From Ginglymostoma cirratum (Eukaryota), in assembly GCA_024137785.1 (NCBI GenBank), contig JAHRHZ010000022.1:27890377-27954376 (forward strand): DNA of 64,000 nucleotides, written 5' to 3'. Shown in pieces: positions 38,273 to 51,025 of this stretch. The position numbers and the translations under genes are program-made. The notes beneath the pieces were generated by a model that saw nothing but the letters and a program-made list of their open reading frames with translations, did not search any database and was not told where the DNA came from. Every line of letters begins with the position of its first letter. Position 1 is the first letter of the stretch.

Positions 38273-39649
38273 AATCGTTTTTCTTTATCTTTCCAAACAC
38301 TATAGGATATTACTCTGGCACCATTAGATGGCATTTCTATAAAAACTGTGAACTTTAACAAGGTTACTAGAGGACAGAACAACTGACTAACTCTTTATTT
38401 TTAATAAATTGTAGCTTTATCTGTTTAGCTGGCTGTTTTGAGTGAGGGCAGGAATTGAGATTAGCTTATGCTGAGTCGATAGCTCATCATGACAGTTGCT
38501 GATAGTTCACTGATACCAATTTTATCAGTTAGCTGAGCTTTCTAGTGACTGACTTTTAATGAATTGTGTTTTTCCATGAGACCTTATTGTCATCAGTAAG
38601 CCAAGTCTGTATAATGGCAATCAGAGCAGACAACTGAATTGGAAGAGAATTGAGAAAATGGAAGTATCTGTAGTGTATCATGAATTCTGTGGTTAAGGTG
38701 GACACGATTCAAAATTGACCATGAAGCCTAGGAAATGAATTATGGTGGCAATTACATTGCTTGCTCATTGGTTTGACTTGTTTGAATTTCAAGTTCCTGG
38801 GGCTTGGTTGGAGCAACTTTTAGTCTAGCTGCCCTTTTGTGGATAAAACTAAAAATAGCATATTTAAATGTTTGCAGATTAAGGGAGCATCCATTTGTCG
38901 CCTAAAAGGCTCTGCATTATGGATTTTAGCTTTGAGCTTGTTCCGCCATTCAGTAGGATCATGTGCAGTCCGACGTGAGCATTAACTTCAACATTTCTCG
39001 TTAAGACATTTTTCAGGCAACTTCTTAAGAATCTGTACATGCAGTCCGTACACTCAATTATGTATCTGATTTTGAAAATGTCTACAAATTGGTCTGTAGG
39101 TTTTCTTGATAATTGAAACAATGCTCAGCATTGTCAGTTTCTGCATTAAAGTTATTTCTGGTGTTGGGATGAGGAATGCAAGGAGACAAAATTTCTTCCC
39201 TCCCAGTTATTCTAAAATGTGCATCATTCATTTTGCAGCTGGGATTGAAGTAAACGTGATGCATCATATTTCCAATCTTGTTTCTTGTAGAGGCATGCTA
39301 CCAACCTTCATGCTGTGCCTGGGGCCTTCTGAAGTTTGGAGCACTAAAATGTGGTCTGACTTGGACCTCATCATTTTCACCTAATCAACTAAACAGTTCA
39401 ATCAAATGAAACTTCATTGTCAAAGTTTCTTAATTTCATCTCTCCCTCTATATAGAAATATAAATTTAAATGTTGGATTATACTTTTATTTTCATTTTTG
39501 GATAAAAGTTTGAACCAACTGATGAAAGATTCCCCTTGCTACAAATGAGGGGACTTCGCAATGGGGTTTTCCCATAGTAGTGCAACATTATTTTTCTCTA
39601 AGAGTACAAGTCCTTTTTAGAACAGAGTTATCTATAATTGTTTTGGTAA

Positions 39650-39960
39650 CTGTGCAACAATTAATGCACTGCCTTGTTGAATCACTGGAGTGAACATCTT
39701 AAACCACTGCCAAGAAACTAAGAATTGAGCAGATCTAGCAGTCGTCAGTTTTGAGGAAAATGAGTATTTCTAAATGAATGTTCCATGATGGCTATGTCAC
39801 GGACTGCCAGTTCATTGAGATGGATAAAAGTGGTCATGCAAGAAAAAGCCCAAAATGCCAACAACATACCACTCAATGTGGTCATGTGCATGTGGTTCAA
39901 CCAACAAAGTACCAAAGGTGTACCCATCTTTGGTCCTCTTGGTCAAGCTCAGTTTCAAAT
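39650..39960 (+). mobile_element. Tigger/pogo transposase relic (CENP-B-type HTH)
   Basis: ORF 39785 contains LNVVMCMWFNQQSTKGVPIFGPLGQAQ, resembling the L..AL..WF.Q.R..GVPISGP.L..A motif of pogo/TIGD/Jerky proteins. Frames are broken; element ends not found. Confidence 0.6.
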
Positions 39961-40173
39961 GGTTTCCTACCAGAGAACATCAGTACTCAAAATTCTTTTT
40001 GAAACCTGAAGACATAGTCAGCTTGATTCAAAAGCTGGCAGAAACTTTAATTTACTTTGAAAGGGGAATGCTAGCTCACTAATGATCCAGACCCAACATT
40101 GTTTCCGACAAAACTACGTAAGATTTTAGATGGATATGCCAAAGAACAGATATACAATTGTGACACATCACTC

Positions 40174-41000
40174 TGAGATAGCAAGAACTGCAGATGCTGG
40201 AGTCAGAGACAACAGTGTAGAGCTGGAGGAACACGGCAGGCCAGGCAGCATCAAAGGAGCAGAAAAGTTGATGTTTCGGGTTGGGATCCTTCTTCAGAAA
40301 TGGGGAGGGCGAAGGGAGCTGGGAAATAAATAGAGGAGGGGTGGGGCTGAGGAAGGTAGGTGGGATGGTGATAGGTGAGTGTGGGTAGGCAGTGATGGGG
40401 ATTAGTCAGTGGGATGTGTGGGGCAGATAGGTGGCATAGAAGATGGACAGATTGCATTTGGTCAAGGAGGCGGGAGGGAGGATAGGTGGGGCTGGGGAAA
40501 GGTAGGTGGGGTGGTGATAGATTAGATGCAGATAAGGGATAGTGGGGATTATTCAGTGGGAAGAAGTTGGGCAGGTTGTGTCAGGTCAAGGAGGTGGAGA
40601 TGAGAGGGAGGGTTGGACATGGCATGAGACCAGTGATGGGAAGATTTTTAAAACTGGTGAATTCTACGTTTAGGCCAATGGGCTGTAGGCTTTTGAGGTG
40701 GAATACGAGGTGTTGCTCCTCCAGTTTGCGTGTGGTGTCCCCCGTCGCCTCCATTCAAGGCCCAAAGTAAACGTTTCATATCCGTCAGGGGTTCACCTGT
40801 CCACCCTCCAACTTAGCCTACTGTTTCCGTTGCGCCCGATGTGGCCTCCTCAATACCAGTGAGACCAAGCGTAGCCTCGGGGACTGTCTCGTAGAGTATC
40901 TGCGCTCTCTACGTGACAAACACCACCACCTTCCGTTCACCGACCATTTTAACTCTCTTCTCCCCCCTGCCACTCCCTGGGTGATTTGTCCATCCTGGGC
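40174..41000. mobile_element. Penelope-like element, GIY-YIG endonuclease region with internal inversion
   Basis: Minus arm 40174-40740: RKLEEQHLVFHLKSLQPIGLNVEFTSFK, 3' UTR and terminal unit. Plus arm 40741-41000: SIQGPK*TFHIRQGFTCPPSNLAYCFRCARCGLLNTSETKRSLGD..HFNS. Confidence 0.85.
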
Positions 41001-41029
41001 AAAGTGAGTGGTCCTAACCAAAGTGATAG

Positions 41030-41302
41030 TTCCCTCCCCACCCCTGTCTGCCTTTCGTGGGGACTGCTCTCTCCGCGACTCCCTCGTCCACTCCACACTC
41101 CCCACTAACCCCCACCACACCTGGCACCTTTTCCTGCAACCGCAGGAATGGCTATACCTGCCCCTACACCTCACCCCTCACCTCCATTCAAGGCCCAAAG
41201 CAAACTTTTCATATCTGACAGGGTTTCACCTGTACATCCTCCAACTTGGTCTACTGTATCTGTTGCTCCCGATGTTCCCTCCTCTACATTGGTGCGACCA
41301 AG
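41030..41302 (+). mobile_element. Second Penelope-like fragment (Cys-rich linker and GIY-YIG start)
   Basis: PPLSAFRGDCSLRDSLVHSTLP, then after a frameshift TCPYTSPLTSIQGPKQTFHI*QGFTCTSSNLVYCICCSRCSLLYIGATK. Confidence 0.85.
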
Positions 41303-41652
41303 AATAATTCTTCTAGATCTGATCTTGAACATTCAAGCACTGGGTTGCAAAGAATAACTCATTGTCCTTGGATTTGGGAGATGGCAAGAGAGATGTGAAC
41401 ATTTGAATCTGAAAAGGAAGCAATTGAGATGATTGTTTAAAAAGAATATTTAAGGCGGGTAATTGAATTACAAAAAAACCTTCAATTATTTGCAGGAGGA
41501 TAGGGGCCCTGAATTCAACTTAGTAAAGGATAATTTTTGAACTGATTGGAAGCTCTTCGCACAGATTGATCAGTGTGGTGTAGACTTAAAGACAGAGAAA
41601 TGAAAGCAAAGACTGAATAAATATTTTAAAGATTGTCATGCTGATAATTCAC

Positions 41653-41957
41653 ATCATAGAATCCCTACTGTGTGGAAACGGGCCCTTTGGCCGAACAAGT
41701 CCACGCTGACCCTCAGAGCATCCCACCCAGACCTATAATCCACCTAGTCTACGCATCCCTGAATACTGTAGGCAATTTAGCATGGCCAGTCCACCTGGCC
41801 TCCACATCTGTGAGAGGAAACCGGAGCACCCAGATGAAACCCACGCAGACACAGGGAGAACGTGCAAACTCCACGCAGTCGTCCGAGGGCGGAATTGAAC
41901 TTGGGTTCCTGGTGTTGTGAGGTAGCAGTGCTAATCACTGAGCCACGGTGCCGCCCC
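41653..41957 (-). mobile_element. HE1-type V-SINE
   Basis: Reverse begins gggcggcaccgtggctcagtgattagcactgctacctcac; V domain; tail ..cacagtagggattctatgat. Confidence 0.9.
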
Positions 41958-42119
41958 TAATTCTGGATGCATGAGCAACAGCTTGAACAGTTTTTGTCTG
42001 TAGTTACCAAGAGTATGCCATTGGATATTTTTGGCCACTGTTTAACATCTTTGAAAACAGACCGCTCCTTCAGTGTTGCAATGCAGTGTTTACCCAAATC
42101 CTGAAGTGAAAAATAATTA

Positions 42120-42980
42120 ACTGTTATTTCGCAGCTAGGCCAGCATGTTCCCACCCATAATTGTTCTTGATAAGATGGTGGATAGCTGCCATCTTGAACT
42201 ACAATAGTCCATTCCGTGTACGTATTCCATGGTGCTATTAGGAAGGGATTTTCAAGATTTTGATCCTGCAGCAGTGAAAGAATGACAATACAGTTCCAAG
42301 TCAGGATGGTGTGTTGCTTGAAGGGAACATCCAGGTCATGGTATTCCTTGTGTCTGATGCCTTTGTCCTCCTAAGTTGTAGAGGTCACTGGTTTGGAAGG
42401 TACTGTTGAAGGAGCTGTAGTGAGATGCTGCAGTACATATTGTAGATGGTACTCTCTGCTGCCACCCTGCTTTGATGATGGAGAGTGTGAATACTGAAGA
42501 TGGTAGATGAGGCACCCATCAATTGGGCTGCTTTTTCTTAGATGATGTCATACTTCTTGAGTATTGTTGGAGCTGCACTTTTCCAGGCAAATGGAGAGTA
42601 TTCCATTGTACCCCTGACTTGTGTCATGTAGATGGTGGACCTTGAGAGTTGGGAGGTCATTTACTTGCTCAGAATTCCTACCCGCTGATGTGCTTTTGTT
42701 CCCAAAGAATTTACACGGCAGGCCCAGTTAAATAACTAGTCAATGGTGGTAGTGTTTCCAGAATGTTGACAGTGAGATATGTTTCAGCATTTGGCACTGA
42801 TGTGTTGGGCTTCCCTATCACTGAGGATGGGGATGTTTGTTGGTCATCTTCCCCTTGATTAATTGCCCACCACCATTCTTGTTTAGATATGACAGGAGCT
42901 TAGATCTGTTCTGTAGGTAACGGAATTACTTGGCTGTACTTAACATATACTGCTTCCCACTGTTTGGTGCTCATACTTTG
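42120..42980 (-). mobile_element. Family A LINE 3' portion
   Basis: Reverse match to 12650-13250 (ttccaagtcaggatgg, gttggagctgcac..ccaggcaaatggagagtattccat). Confidence 0.8.
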
Positions 42981-44281
42981 CATTGCATATGAAAGTGATG
43001 CAAATAGAGCCAAGCTAACACCTTAGAAGACAAAAGATTTATGTATTCACTGTCTTGACACCCCTTATTTTCCCTCCTTTTGCTTCAAGACAGCAGTAAA
43101 CTGACTTTATGGAATTCCACTTTTCCCTGTCGTGTTGCAATAGAATGTTTATTGATTAGCCCTGTATTTTCAGTCATGACGTTGTTGGGGTGGAACTTAA
43201 AATGTTACAGCTGTGGTGAGCAGAATCTTTTCTAAATGCTTTCAAAATAATGATGCCCAATTTTTTTATTGTTTTTTTTTAATTGGTTCACATCAATAAA
43301 TGTTATAGCGTAAGGACTACTGTTGCTCATTTAGGGTTATTGTTAGGCTGATACAATATTGAAAATTTCTATAGAGTTGCTTGCATTGCAATGCAGTTTT
43401 GGCGCAGTCTTGGCCTTTCCCATTAATCTACCTATGACAAATCACTTCCATGTATCAATGATTGGTATTGGAGGGTGATTGGTCTGTTGGTGCCATTCTG
43501 CATTATTTGCAATGCTGTCTGGCATCAATTTGCAGTCTTCATGCAAAGGTTGTGGTGGCAAATCCAGAGGCAGTTCTTGTAACTCATGGAAAGAGATTAT
43601 TTCTGCAGCTAGGACAAAGGGATTAACGGGATTGTATTAGCTGCCATTGGTAGCAAGAGAACTGCAATTGAGGAATTGGCAGAAATGTAAAAAATAAGAT
43701 TTCCTTGAAGCAAGGAAAGACTAGACTGAATAGGACCTATTTTAGAACAGTCCGAAAGAACAGGTTGTAAGTGCAACTTGAGTCCATTTTAGTTTTCTTG
43801 GATCATGCCATATTGTTGATGAGTTTGGCTTCCTACATCCTGGTGCTTACGTGATGTGATCCCTGCAGAAATGGTTCAGCTGTCCATCAGGCAACTTTAT
43901 TTTTTGTGACAGTAAAACTAAGCATTGTCATTTCCCCAAGCGTGTGTGTGTGTATATGCTTGTCCAGGTTGGATAAAGCAATTTGATTAGAAGTTTGTCG
44001 TCTTGCAGGCTTTCATTTTTTTCCCTTCTCTTCACTTGGGAGGTTCAAAAGCACTTGCAAAATCAAAGTACTTGGATCATTTTTATTGATTAAAAGAAAT
44101 TGATTGCTGAAGTTCACTGTCATGTCGTATGCAGGCATAACATTTTGAGCTACACTTTGAAAGGTTATCCTGTAGATACATTACACAGAGCTCTTTGTTT
44201 TTCAGTTGTAAGACCATGTCTTTCATTCTAGTAACAAAAACAAAATGCCTCCTTCTGAATCTTATTGTTTTTATTTCAAAG

Positions 44282-44372
44282 GGATAGAGTGCAAGAAAAG
44301 GAAGAACAGTTGATGGAAGAAAGGAAAAAAAGAAAAGACGACAAGAAGAAAAAGGAAGCCGCTTTGAAGAAG
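44282..44372 (+). CDS. TNRC6A: Coding exon of GW182-family gene (TNRC6A-like N-terminal extension)
   Basis: Translates to (R)[30 protein letters not shown], closely matching the remembered human TNRC6A N-terminus [30 protein letters not shown]. Pyrimidine tract and AAG acceptor (ttgtttttatttcaaag) before; AAG|gtactg donor after. Starts phase 2, ends phase 0. TNRC6B/C have related motifs but match less well. Confidence 0.9.
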
Positions 44373-45534
44373 GTACTGTACTTCTTGGGAGAGCAGCATA
44401 AAATGAACTTTGCCCTTTTGTCTAGAGTGTCTGAAATAAAAGTGCATTATTGGGGTGGGGGGAGAGTGGGCAGCAATGAAAGATGCCGCTGCCTGCCTTG
44501 GAATGACCTTTTATTGAAAAACGTTGAAACTTTATACGTGGATTATTCAGTACCTTTCAAATTGTTCTGTTAGAAAATTTTCATTCTTTTACTGGGAAAT
44601 GGTTAGGATTAGAGCAATAGACACTTACTCCTCCCACCACCACTCGCGTTCGGTTTTGTAGATTGTGTGGTACTTCTGTCCTGATAGACAAGGACCCCAA
44701 AACCCACCAATTAATAACTCCATCAAAGTGTGGGAATTTTAAATATTTAGGAGGCTCAATGTAGTGTATCTTTTGTTGGAAACAGATTCTTGCCCATGAA
44801 TCTAGCAGATTTTTAAAATACTATTTTAAAGGATAGTCTTCAAAATGACCTGTTTACTAGTACAAGATATGCTGTCTAATTTGGATGTCTCTTTCCAAAA
44901 ACATCAGGTGCCATAACGTGCTGTATAATCACAACTAACTTACGCCTGTTTCGGGTGTTTTTATTCTAATTGTTTGAACTATTCATTTTGATATTTTAGA
45001 GGTGAATCTCGAGTTGTTGTTCTGACTCGATGCAGAGACATCTGCTCATAAAAGTATTACAAACAATACTTGAAACAGTGGCACAGAGTGATGCAAGGGC
45101 TACTATTGGTGCGAATTTAAGGCTGGCCAGTTCAGAATCCAACTGTACATGACATTTGTCAAGTTAGATCCAGGTCATCACATCACAGCTTTTCCGAAAC
45201 TCTTAAACAAATTAACCACTGGTAAAGAAAGGTTGCAGTTAATTTGTACCTTTTCATAACCATGGGATGTTCTAAAGTGCTTTACAGCCAATAAACTACT
45301 TTTGAGATAGTGGTTGCTGTTGTAGCATGGGCTTTGAACGACTTGCTACTATTACTAGATGCAACTGCATTGTCATTGTCTAAAGTTTATAGTGAGCTTC
45401 AAGGCATATCACGCAAGCTGTTTGTCACCTTACCTCTAGTGGAAAGAGTTGTTGCACTCGTCCTCGTAGCTGGTAGATTTATCTACTGGCAGGTCAGTGG
45501 TACAGAGGAGCAAAAATTGCCCATCTTTATACGA

Positions 45535-46000
45535 TAACAGAGACACTCCTGGGATGACAGGGCTGATATTTGAAAGAGACTAGATCAGTTATCAGTTATA
45601 TCAGGTCTATATTTACTTGAGTTTAGGTGAATGAGGGGGGAAATCTTGGAAACCTATAAAATTCTGACAGGTCTAGTCAGGGTAAATGCAAGAAGGATGT
45701 TTCTGATGACTGGGGAGTTCAACACTTGTTTAAGGATTTAGGGTAGTCGATTTAGAACTGACCTGAAGAGAAATTTCTTCAGCAAATCACTGAATGGTAA
45801 GCCTGGGGAATTCTCTACCGCAGAAAGTGGTTGAGAGCAAAGCACTGAATGTTTTCAAAGAGAGATATAGCTCTTAAGGCTAAAGAATCGAAAAGGTATG
45901 GGAAAAAAGCAGGAACAAGATTCTGAGTTGGACAATCAGCCACAATCATAATTGAATGGTGGAACAGGTTTGAAGGGCCAAATGGCCTATTCCTGTTTAT
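45535..46000 (+). mobile_element. CR1 LINE 3' portion
   Basis: gagtttaggtgaatgaggggg..aacctataaaattctgacagg..gaagggccaaatggcctattcctg. Confidence 0.85.
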
Positions 46001-46628
46001 GATCCTATCTTGGTGCTGGCTGTCTAGGGACCTTGGAAAGTCTGAATTGATTTTGGACATGTTACAGAACTTACCTGTTTAGAAGCTTTGAACTAAATGG
46101 AATAGTTTGTTCAAAGTTGGGGCCTGAGGGAGTCTGGCAGTTTCTTTAAAAGTTCCTCTCTAAAGAATGATCTGTATGCACACTTTGCCTGTCATTTTGG
46201 CTACCCATTTTTCTAGTTTTTGTGGAATGAGGAAATGTGATTGCTGTATCAGTGGTAGCATCTCTGATTAGTTACCCACCTTTACTGGCAGTTTGTTTAT
46301 ATAGCGAATATGTGGAGTCTCAATTGCATAAGTGGACGGCTGGTAATGCATCTGACAGACACCTGCCCATGAGTAATGTAAACTGCCTTTCTGTAATAAA
46401 AACCCCTGCTTTTGCTGAAAACATAACACAATAAAACTTTGTTTTGCAGTTGTTCTAATGTACCAGTAATTGTAGTACTTGAGTTTTTATAATAAATGGT
46501 CACTTTCATTGATTTTTGAAATTTATTTGGATGTTTTCCACAAGAGGATGTAATCCATTTGTGCAGCTCTTTGGTGATCTTTAGGCGCAAGGTTTCATTT
46601 CAAACTGACCGACTTTCTTTTGTTGCAG

Positions 46629-46650
46629 GCAATTGAACAAAAAAACAAAG
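46629..46650 (+). CDS. TNRC6A: 22-nt coding micro-exon of the same gene (AIEQKNK+G)
   Basis: Branch-point-like ctgac (46605-46609), pyrimidine tract and ttgcag acceptor, GCAATTGAACAAAAAAACAAAG, then gtaaga donor. In frame with the previous exon; matches human TNRC6A ATEQKIK(V). Confidence 0.88.
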
Positions 46651-47389
46651 GTAAGATGACATCTGTTGCTCAGTTATTGTATGTTTCCTTGTAAGTTTTT
46701 GGCAGTATTACCATGTAACTTTTTATTTTCTGACTAAATAATCAGAAAAGGCAGTGAATGCATCATTGAGCAATGTTTTCATATATAGTGTAATGGTTCG
46801 CAGCAATTTTAAAATGTTGGTTCAGTGTTTCCTATTGCTTTTGGGGAAAATGGGAATGAAGTGATGGCAAGGAATGTATTGGACGATACCAGTAAATGAG
46901 ATTGGGATTGGTGTTTTATCTTGGTGTCTTATCTTCTATCTATGTTTCATTTTGGTGTTAAGTCGCCGTAATCAGTTGATAGGAGCACATGTAAAAGTTT
47001 AACTGTCACAAGACTTTATAAATGCTAGTGCTTTTTGAAAAAAAAATCTATAAATTAAACCAGCTGGCCTATAGCGAAAAGACTGCAAGTAAAAGTTTAT
47101 TTCACTACTGTGTGCTCAGCGCAAAGTATTGGTTGGCTTGCTTTCATCAGAGTGACATGCTGTTGAAGGATTTTGATTGAAGTTGTTTTTCCTAATTTAA
47201 TATTAACTTTTTAAAAGTTCTTCTTTCCCACCCCAATGTAGAATGCACAGTGAAAATAATTACGTTATAAAATTTTCTTCATGTCAAACCATTTATTTCA
47301 GCAGACTCATTTTATATTGGTTCCTGCCTTTGGCCTGTGTCAGCCCTACCTTTGACCTGGAGAAACCATTGCAATTGCATTGATTTAAA

Positions 47390-48360
47390 TGCTTGAAGAC
47401 TTGTAAGGCTGCAATGATGGGGCTTTGGAATGGATGGTCATTGGTTAAGGCAATTTGGAGATTTAAAGCAGGTGGTGACTATTTTGATACTGAAATATTG
47501 CTTAAATTGGAGTCAGTGAAAGTCACCAATCGCAGGGTGCTGGATGGCCAAGTTTTGGATGAGTGCAAATTTATGTAGGGTGGAGGATTGCAAATCTGCT
47601 AGGAAAGCAATAGAACAATCAAGTCTAGAAGGGAAAAATCATAGGTGAGGATTTCAGCAGATGAGCTGAGGCCTGATTGGAGTAAAGCAATGTTGTGGAA
47701 GTGAGAGCGGGCAGTCTTGACTTGGATCTTTGATCAGAATCTTATCTCTTGCTTAAGCACAATATCTGCGTTGTTTGTTACTTAACATTAGGTAGCTAAC
47801 AGGGGTGGAGGAAGTAGTTGTGAACCAAGGACAATTAATTTCAGCCTTTTCAATCTTGGGTGAAATTTATGCTCACCCAATATTGGGTGTCAAAAATCAG
47901 TGTGACAAATCAAAGACAGTAGTGGAATCGAGAGATTGTGAGTTAGAGCTGTGTGTTATTTACATAAGTATGGAATCTGACATACTTGCAGATGGCATCA
48001 CTAAGGTAGATGAGAAACCACGGATACATTTTGAGAGAGATAGCAAGATCAGCCGATGCTGGAGTCAGATAACATTGTGGAGCTGGAGGAACACAGCTCT
48101 CCAGGCAGCATCAGGGGAGTGAGAAAGTTGACATTTCGGGTCAGGACCCTTCTTCAGAGCACCCGATGTGATGCAGAAGTCTGAAGAGTAGCCACAATAA
48201 GTGATTCTCTGACTACAAGCTAATGTTGGATGGAACTAAGTCTAGACCAACTCCGTCACCAGCTAAACATCGGTGGAGGAAAATTAGAAGAGGATCATAT
48301 AGTTCAAAAGTGTCAGAGGAAGCTCACCTAGATGTTGATTAGGGTAATTAATCGTGGTCA
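47390..48360 (-). mobile_element. Degraded L2-type LINE remnants
   Basis: Purine-rich degenerate sequence resembling the reverse L2 ORF2 C-terminus; weak recognition only. Confidence 0.4.
48033..48160 (-). mobile_element. Penelope-like terminal unit with near-intact hammerhead core
   Basis: Reverse 48160-48126 reads GCU-CUGAAGA-A-GGGUCCUGACCC-GAAA-UGUC-AACU, followed by the usual terminal sequence. Confidence 0.8.
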
Positions 48361-48384
48361 TGTCTTTTACTCCCAATACTTGCA

Positions 48385-48860
48385 CATCCCTGGATAGGTG
48401 CAGTTTCAACAGCACACAAGAAGCTTGAAACCATCCAGGAACAAACAGTCTGCTTGATTGGCACCACTTCCATAAGCATCCATCTCCCCATCACCAATGC
48501 ATAATAGCAGCCATGTGTAGAAGTTCACCAAAGATCCTTTGGACGGCACCTTCCAAATCCACAAATCCTCCCATCTGAAAGGAAAGGGGCAGTAGATACA
48601 TGGAAATACCACCACCTGCAAGTTTCCCTTCAAGCGCGTCACCATCTTCCCTTGGAAATATAACGCAATTCCTTCACTGTTGCTGGGTCAAAATCCTAGA
48701 ACTGCCTCTTGAATAGCATTATGTATCAATGTACAGCATGTCGACTAGCAGTTTGAGAAGGCGGCTCACCACCCACTGCCATCTCAAGGGCAACTAAGGA
48801 CAGGCAATTAATGCTGGCCAGACAGCAGCACTCCTATCCCACACGTGAATTTTAAAAATA
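48385..48860 (+). mobile_element. Family A LINE 3' end
   Basis: aagcttgaaaccatccagg..cagcaccttcc-like..caagggcaactaaggacaggcaattaatgctggcc..gaattttaaaaa. Confidence 0.85.
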
Positions 48861-50479
48861 GTTTATGGCTTGAGCATTTTTGCGCTCTTATTTTGATATC
48901 CAACTGTATTTTAAACCTCAATTTTTACCTGTACGGTGTACCTGACAGCTTGTCCCAAACACACATCGACTTGGTGAATCAATCAGTTATCGTGGCTGAA
49001 TAATTTAAACATGCCTTTTGATAATTTAAACCTGGGGACCTATTTGTCATGTTTACCTTGAAGCTGGAGTTTCTTTGCCCACAGGGGTCTGGACATTGAA
49101 TAAATTCAGCTAGAGCTGCTGTACATGAATAATTCATTTTCAAAGTATATAGACAGGAAAATGCAAGTGTTTTTTAGGACATAATCTTGATAGTTCTGGA
49201 TCGCAAAGATTGGAGTGAGTGCTTCATTGCTTCCTGTAAATATAGTGTGCATGTTCATTGAAATGTGATGTACAGTGTAATCATTGTCATGGTTCATAAT
49301 ATTGGCTTTCTGTAGGCAAATTTTTATAATCTCATTTTCTATTCAAAAATATGCTACGACCAAGTTGATGTATACATTTGATTCAGTGAGTATGTCCTTC
49401 TGTTTGGAAGGTGGTTGAATTTAGCCAATCATCCAAAACAATTCATGTATTTTAGTCTTTCACTTGTTAACTGAGGAACTGGTTTTGGTATTGGTCAAAA
49501 GTTTAGTCACTACGTTATACCGGCTCAATGTTGGCTGCACTAATTTAGTGCCTGATTTCATAGCCCTATCTGCACCTTTGCTGAACTGGCCTGGGTATTG
49601 CACATTTCCGCCTAAATTGCAGATTGGTTTTTGAAATCATTTTCTCCTTGACCACCCTGATGAAATTCCCTCCTGAAAACTTTTGTGGTTTCTAGTCATA
49701 TTAACCTGCTGGTTGAAATGTAAGTGAGTGGTCTGTTCATAATAGCTTTGAGTAACGAGCCCTGAAGACCTCAAAATTGCCACATTTGGTTTCCTGTCTG
49801 TTGACCTGCCTGATTTTACTATGTAGAATGTGACAGTTTGCTTCAGTCCACCTGAGCTGAGGATTAGGAACTCTGGTATGCGTAAGTTTCAAAGAAACAT
49901 TAGCATTGTGCTGTTATGTTGCTCTCCCTCTATTTTGTGAATGTATTTCCCGCCCCCCCACAAAGAGAGCACCAGCACCACCATCATAAAATATTTTTGT
50001 TAATGGTCATTGTCCCTGCACGCAGTTTATAACTCTGGATTTTGAATGGTATTCCATAGCTGTCACCTGTTTTGAAAACTTTTTCCTCCATGCTTATGCT
50101 TAAAACCTGCTTCCCCCGCCAAAAAATCCAAGGGTATTGTGCAAAACAGGCTAATGCCAAAGAATGAATTTTGTGGCTTTTTGCTGTCGTCTGTGCCAAA
50201 TATTCTGAAGAGCTTGTTATTCCATGTGAAATTTTCTGCATTGAAAATGTTCAAGGAAAAGCTATCAGTATTCAGGATGGATGGAGAAAGAGCAGAGTAT
50301 AACTATTGCAGATGAACTGTATGTGTTTAAAACGAGTACAAAAAAATTTGCATTTAAATGTTTTTTCTCATTCAGAAGGTTTCATGCTACCTTGCAGCCA
50401 GTGAGGTACAATTATTGTGACATGCTCAAAAAAAGCTGACCGCTATTTGAAAGAACTGGAATAAAAGTATGTAAAACCT

Positions 50480-51025
50480 TAAGCGTTTGTCTTGAATAGA
50501 CCACATCTGGAATACTTGAGCTATTTATGGGCAGAACACTTTACAAGTTATATGTTGACTTTGAAGCAAGTGCAGTACAGGTTTACCAGTATGATTCTTG
50601 CACTCAAAGGAGAAATTAAACAAACTTCAGTCATATTCCCTGAAATTTAGAAATTTAAGAAATGGTTTCCTGAAAGTTTTCAATATGTTGAGGGGAGCGG
50701 ATAGGAACTACTCGTCCGTTCGTTCAAGAATTGAGGCCTGGTGATTTTAGTTAATAAATTAGAATCAGCCCTTGCAGGAATGACATGAGCATTCTAAATT
50801 CAAATTGTAGTAGAAGTTTGGAATATTTTCTCTAAATTAGAATTAATATTGGATCAAAAGTAAATAGTCAATCGGTAATGGATTTTTCTTTATTGGCCAA
50901 AAGTATTAAGGGACACAAGGCCAAGGTGGCCGGACGCAGTTTGATTGTAGTTCAGTTGTGAACTCCATTTCATTGACAGAACAGGCTCATGGGACTTAAT
51001 GGCCTTCTCCTGTTCTTGTGTTGCA
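50480..51025 (+). mobile_element. Old CR1 LINE 3' portion
   Basis: agaccacatctggaatact..gacagaacaggctcatgggacttaatggccttctcctgttc. Confidence 0.65.

Noticed and set aside
40300-40620. G-rich purine tract suggesting G-quadruplex or triplex DNA
   Set aside because: It is the reverse strand of the pyrimidine-rich Penelope 3' UTR (same as 36984-37156), so the repeat explains it.
1-44281. Upstream TNRC6A exons (start codon exon and the short exon before RDLVQ in human)
   Set aside because: I found no matching sequence or CpG island by eye; they probably lie upstream of the window or are too diverged.
44373-44573. Continuation of ORF 44265-44573 past the exon
   Set aside because: Similarity to TNRC6 stops at the AAG|gt donor; the rest is intron read-through.
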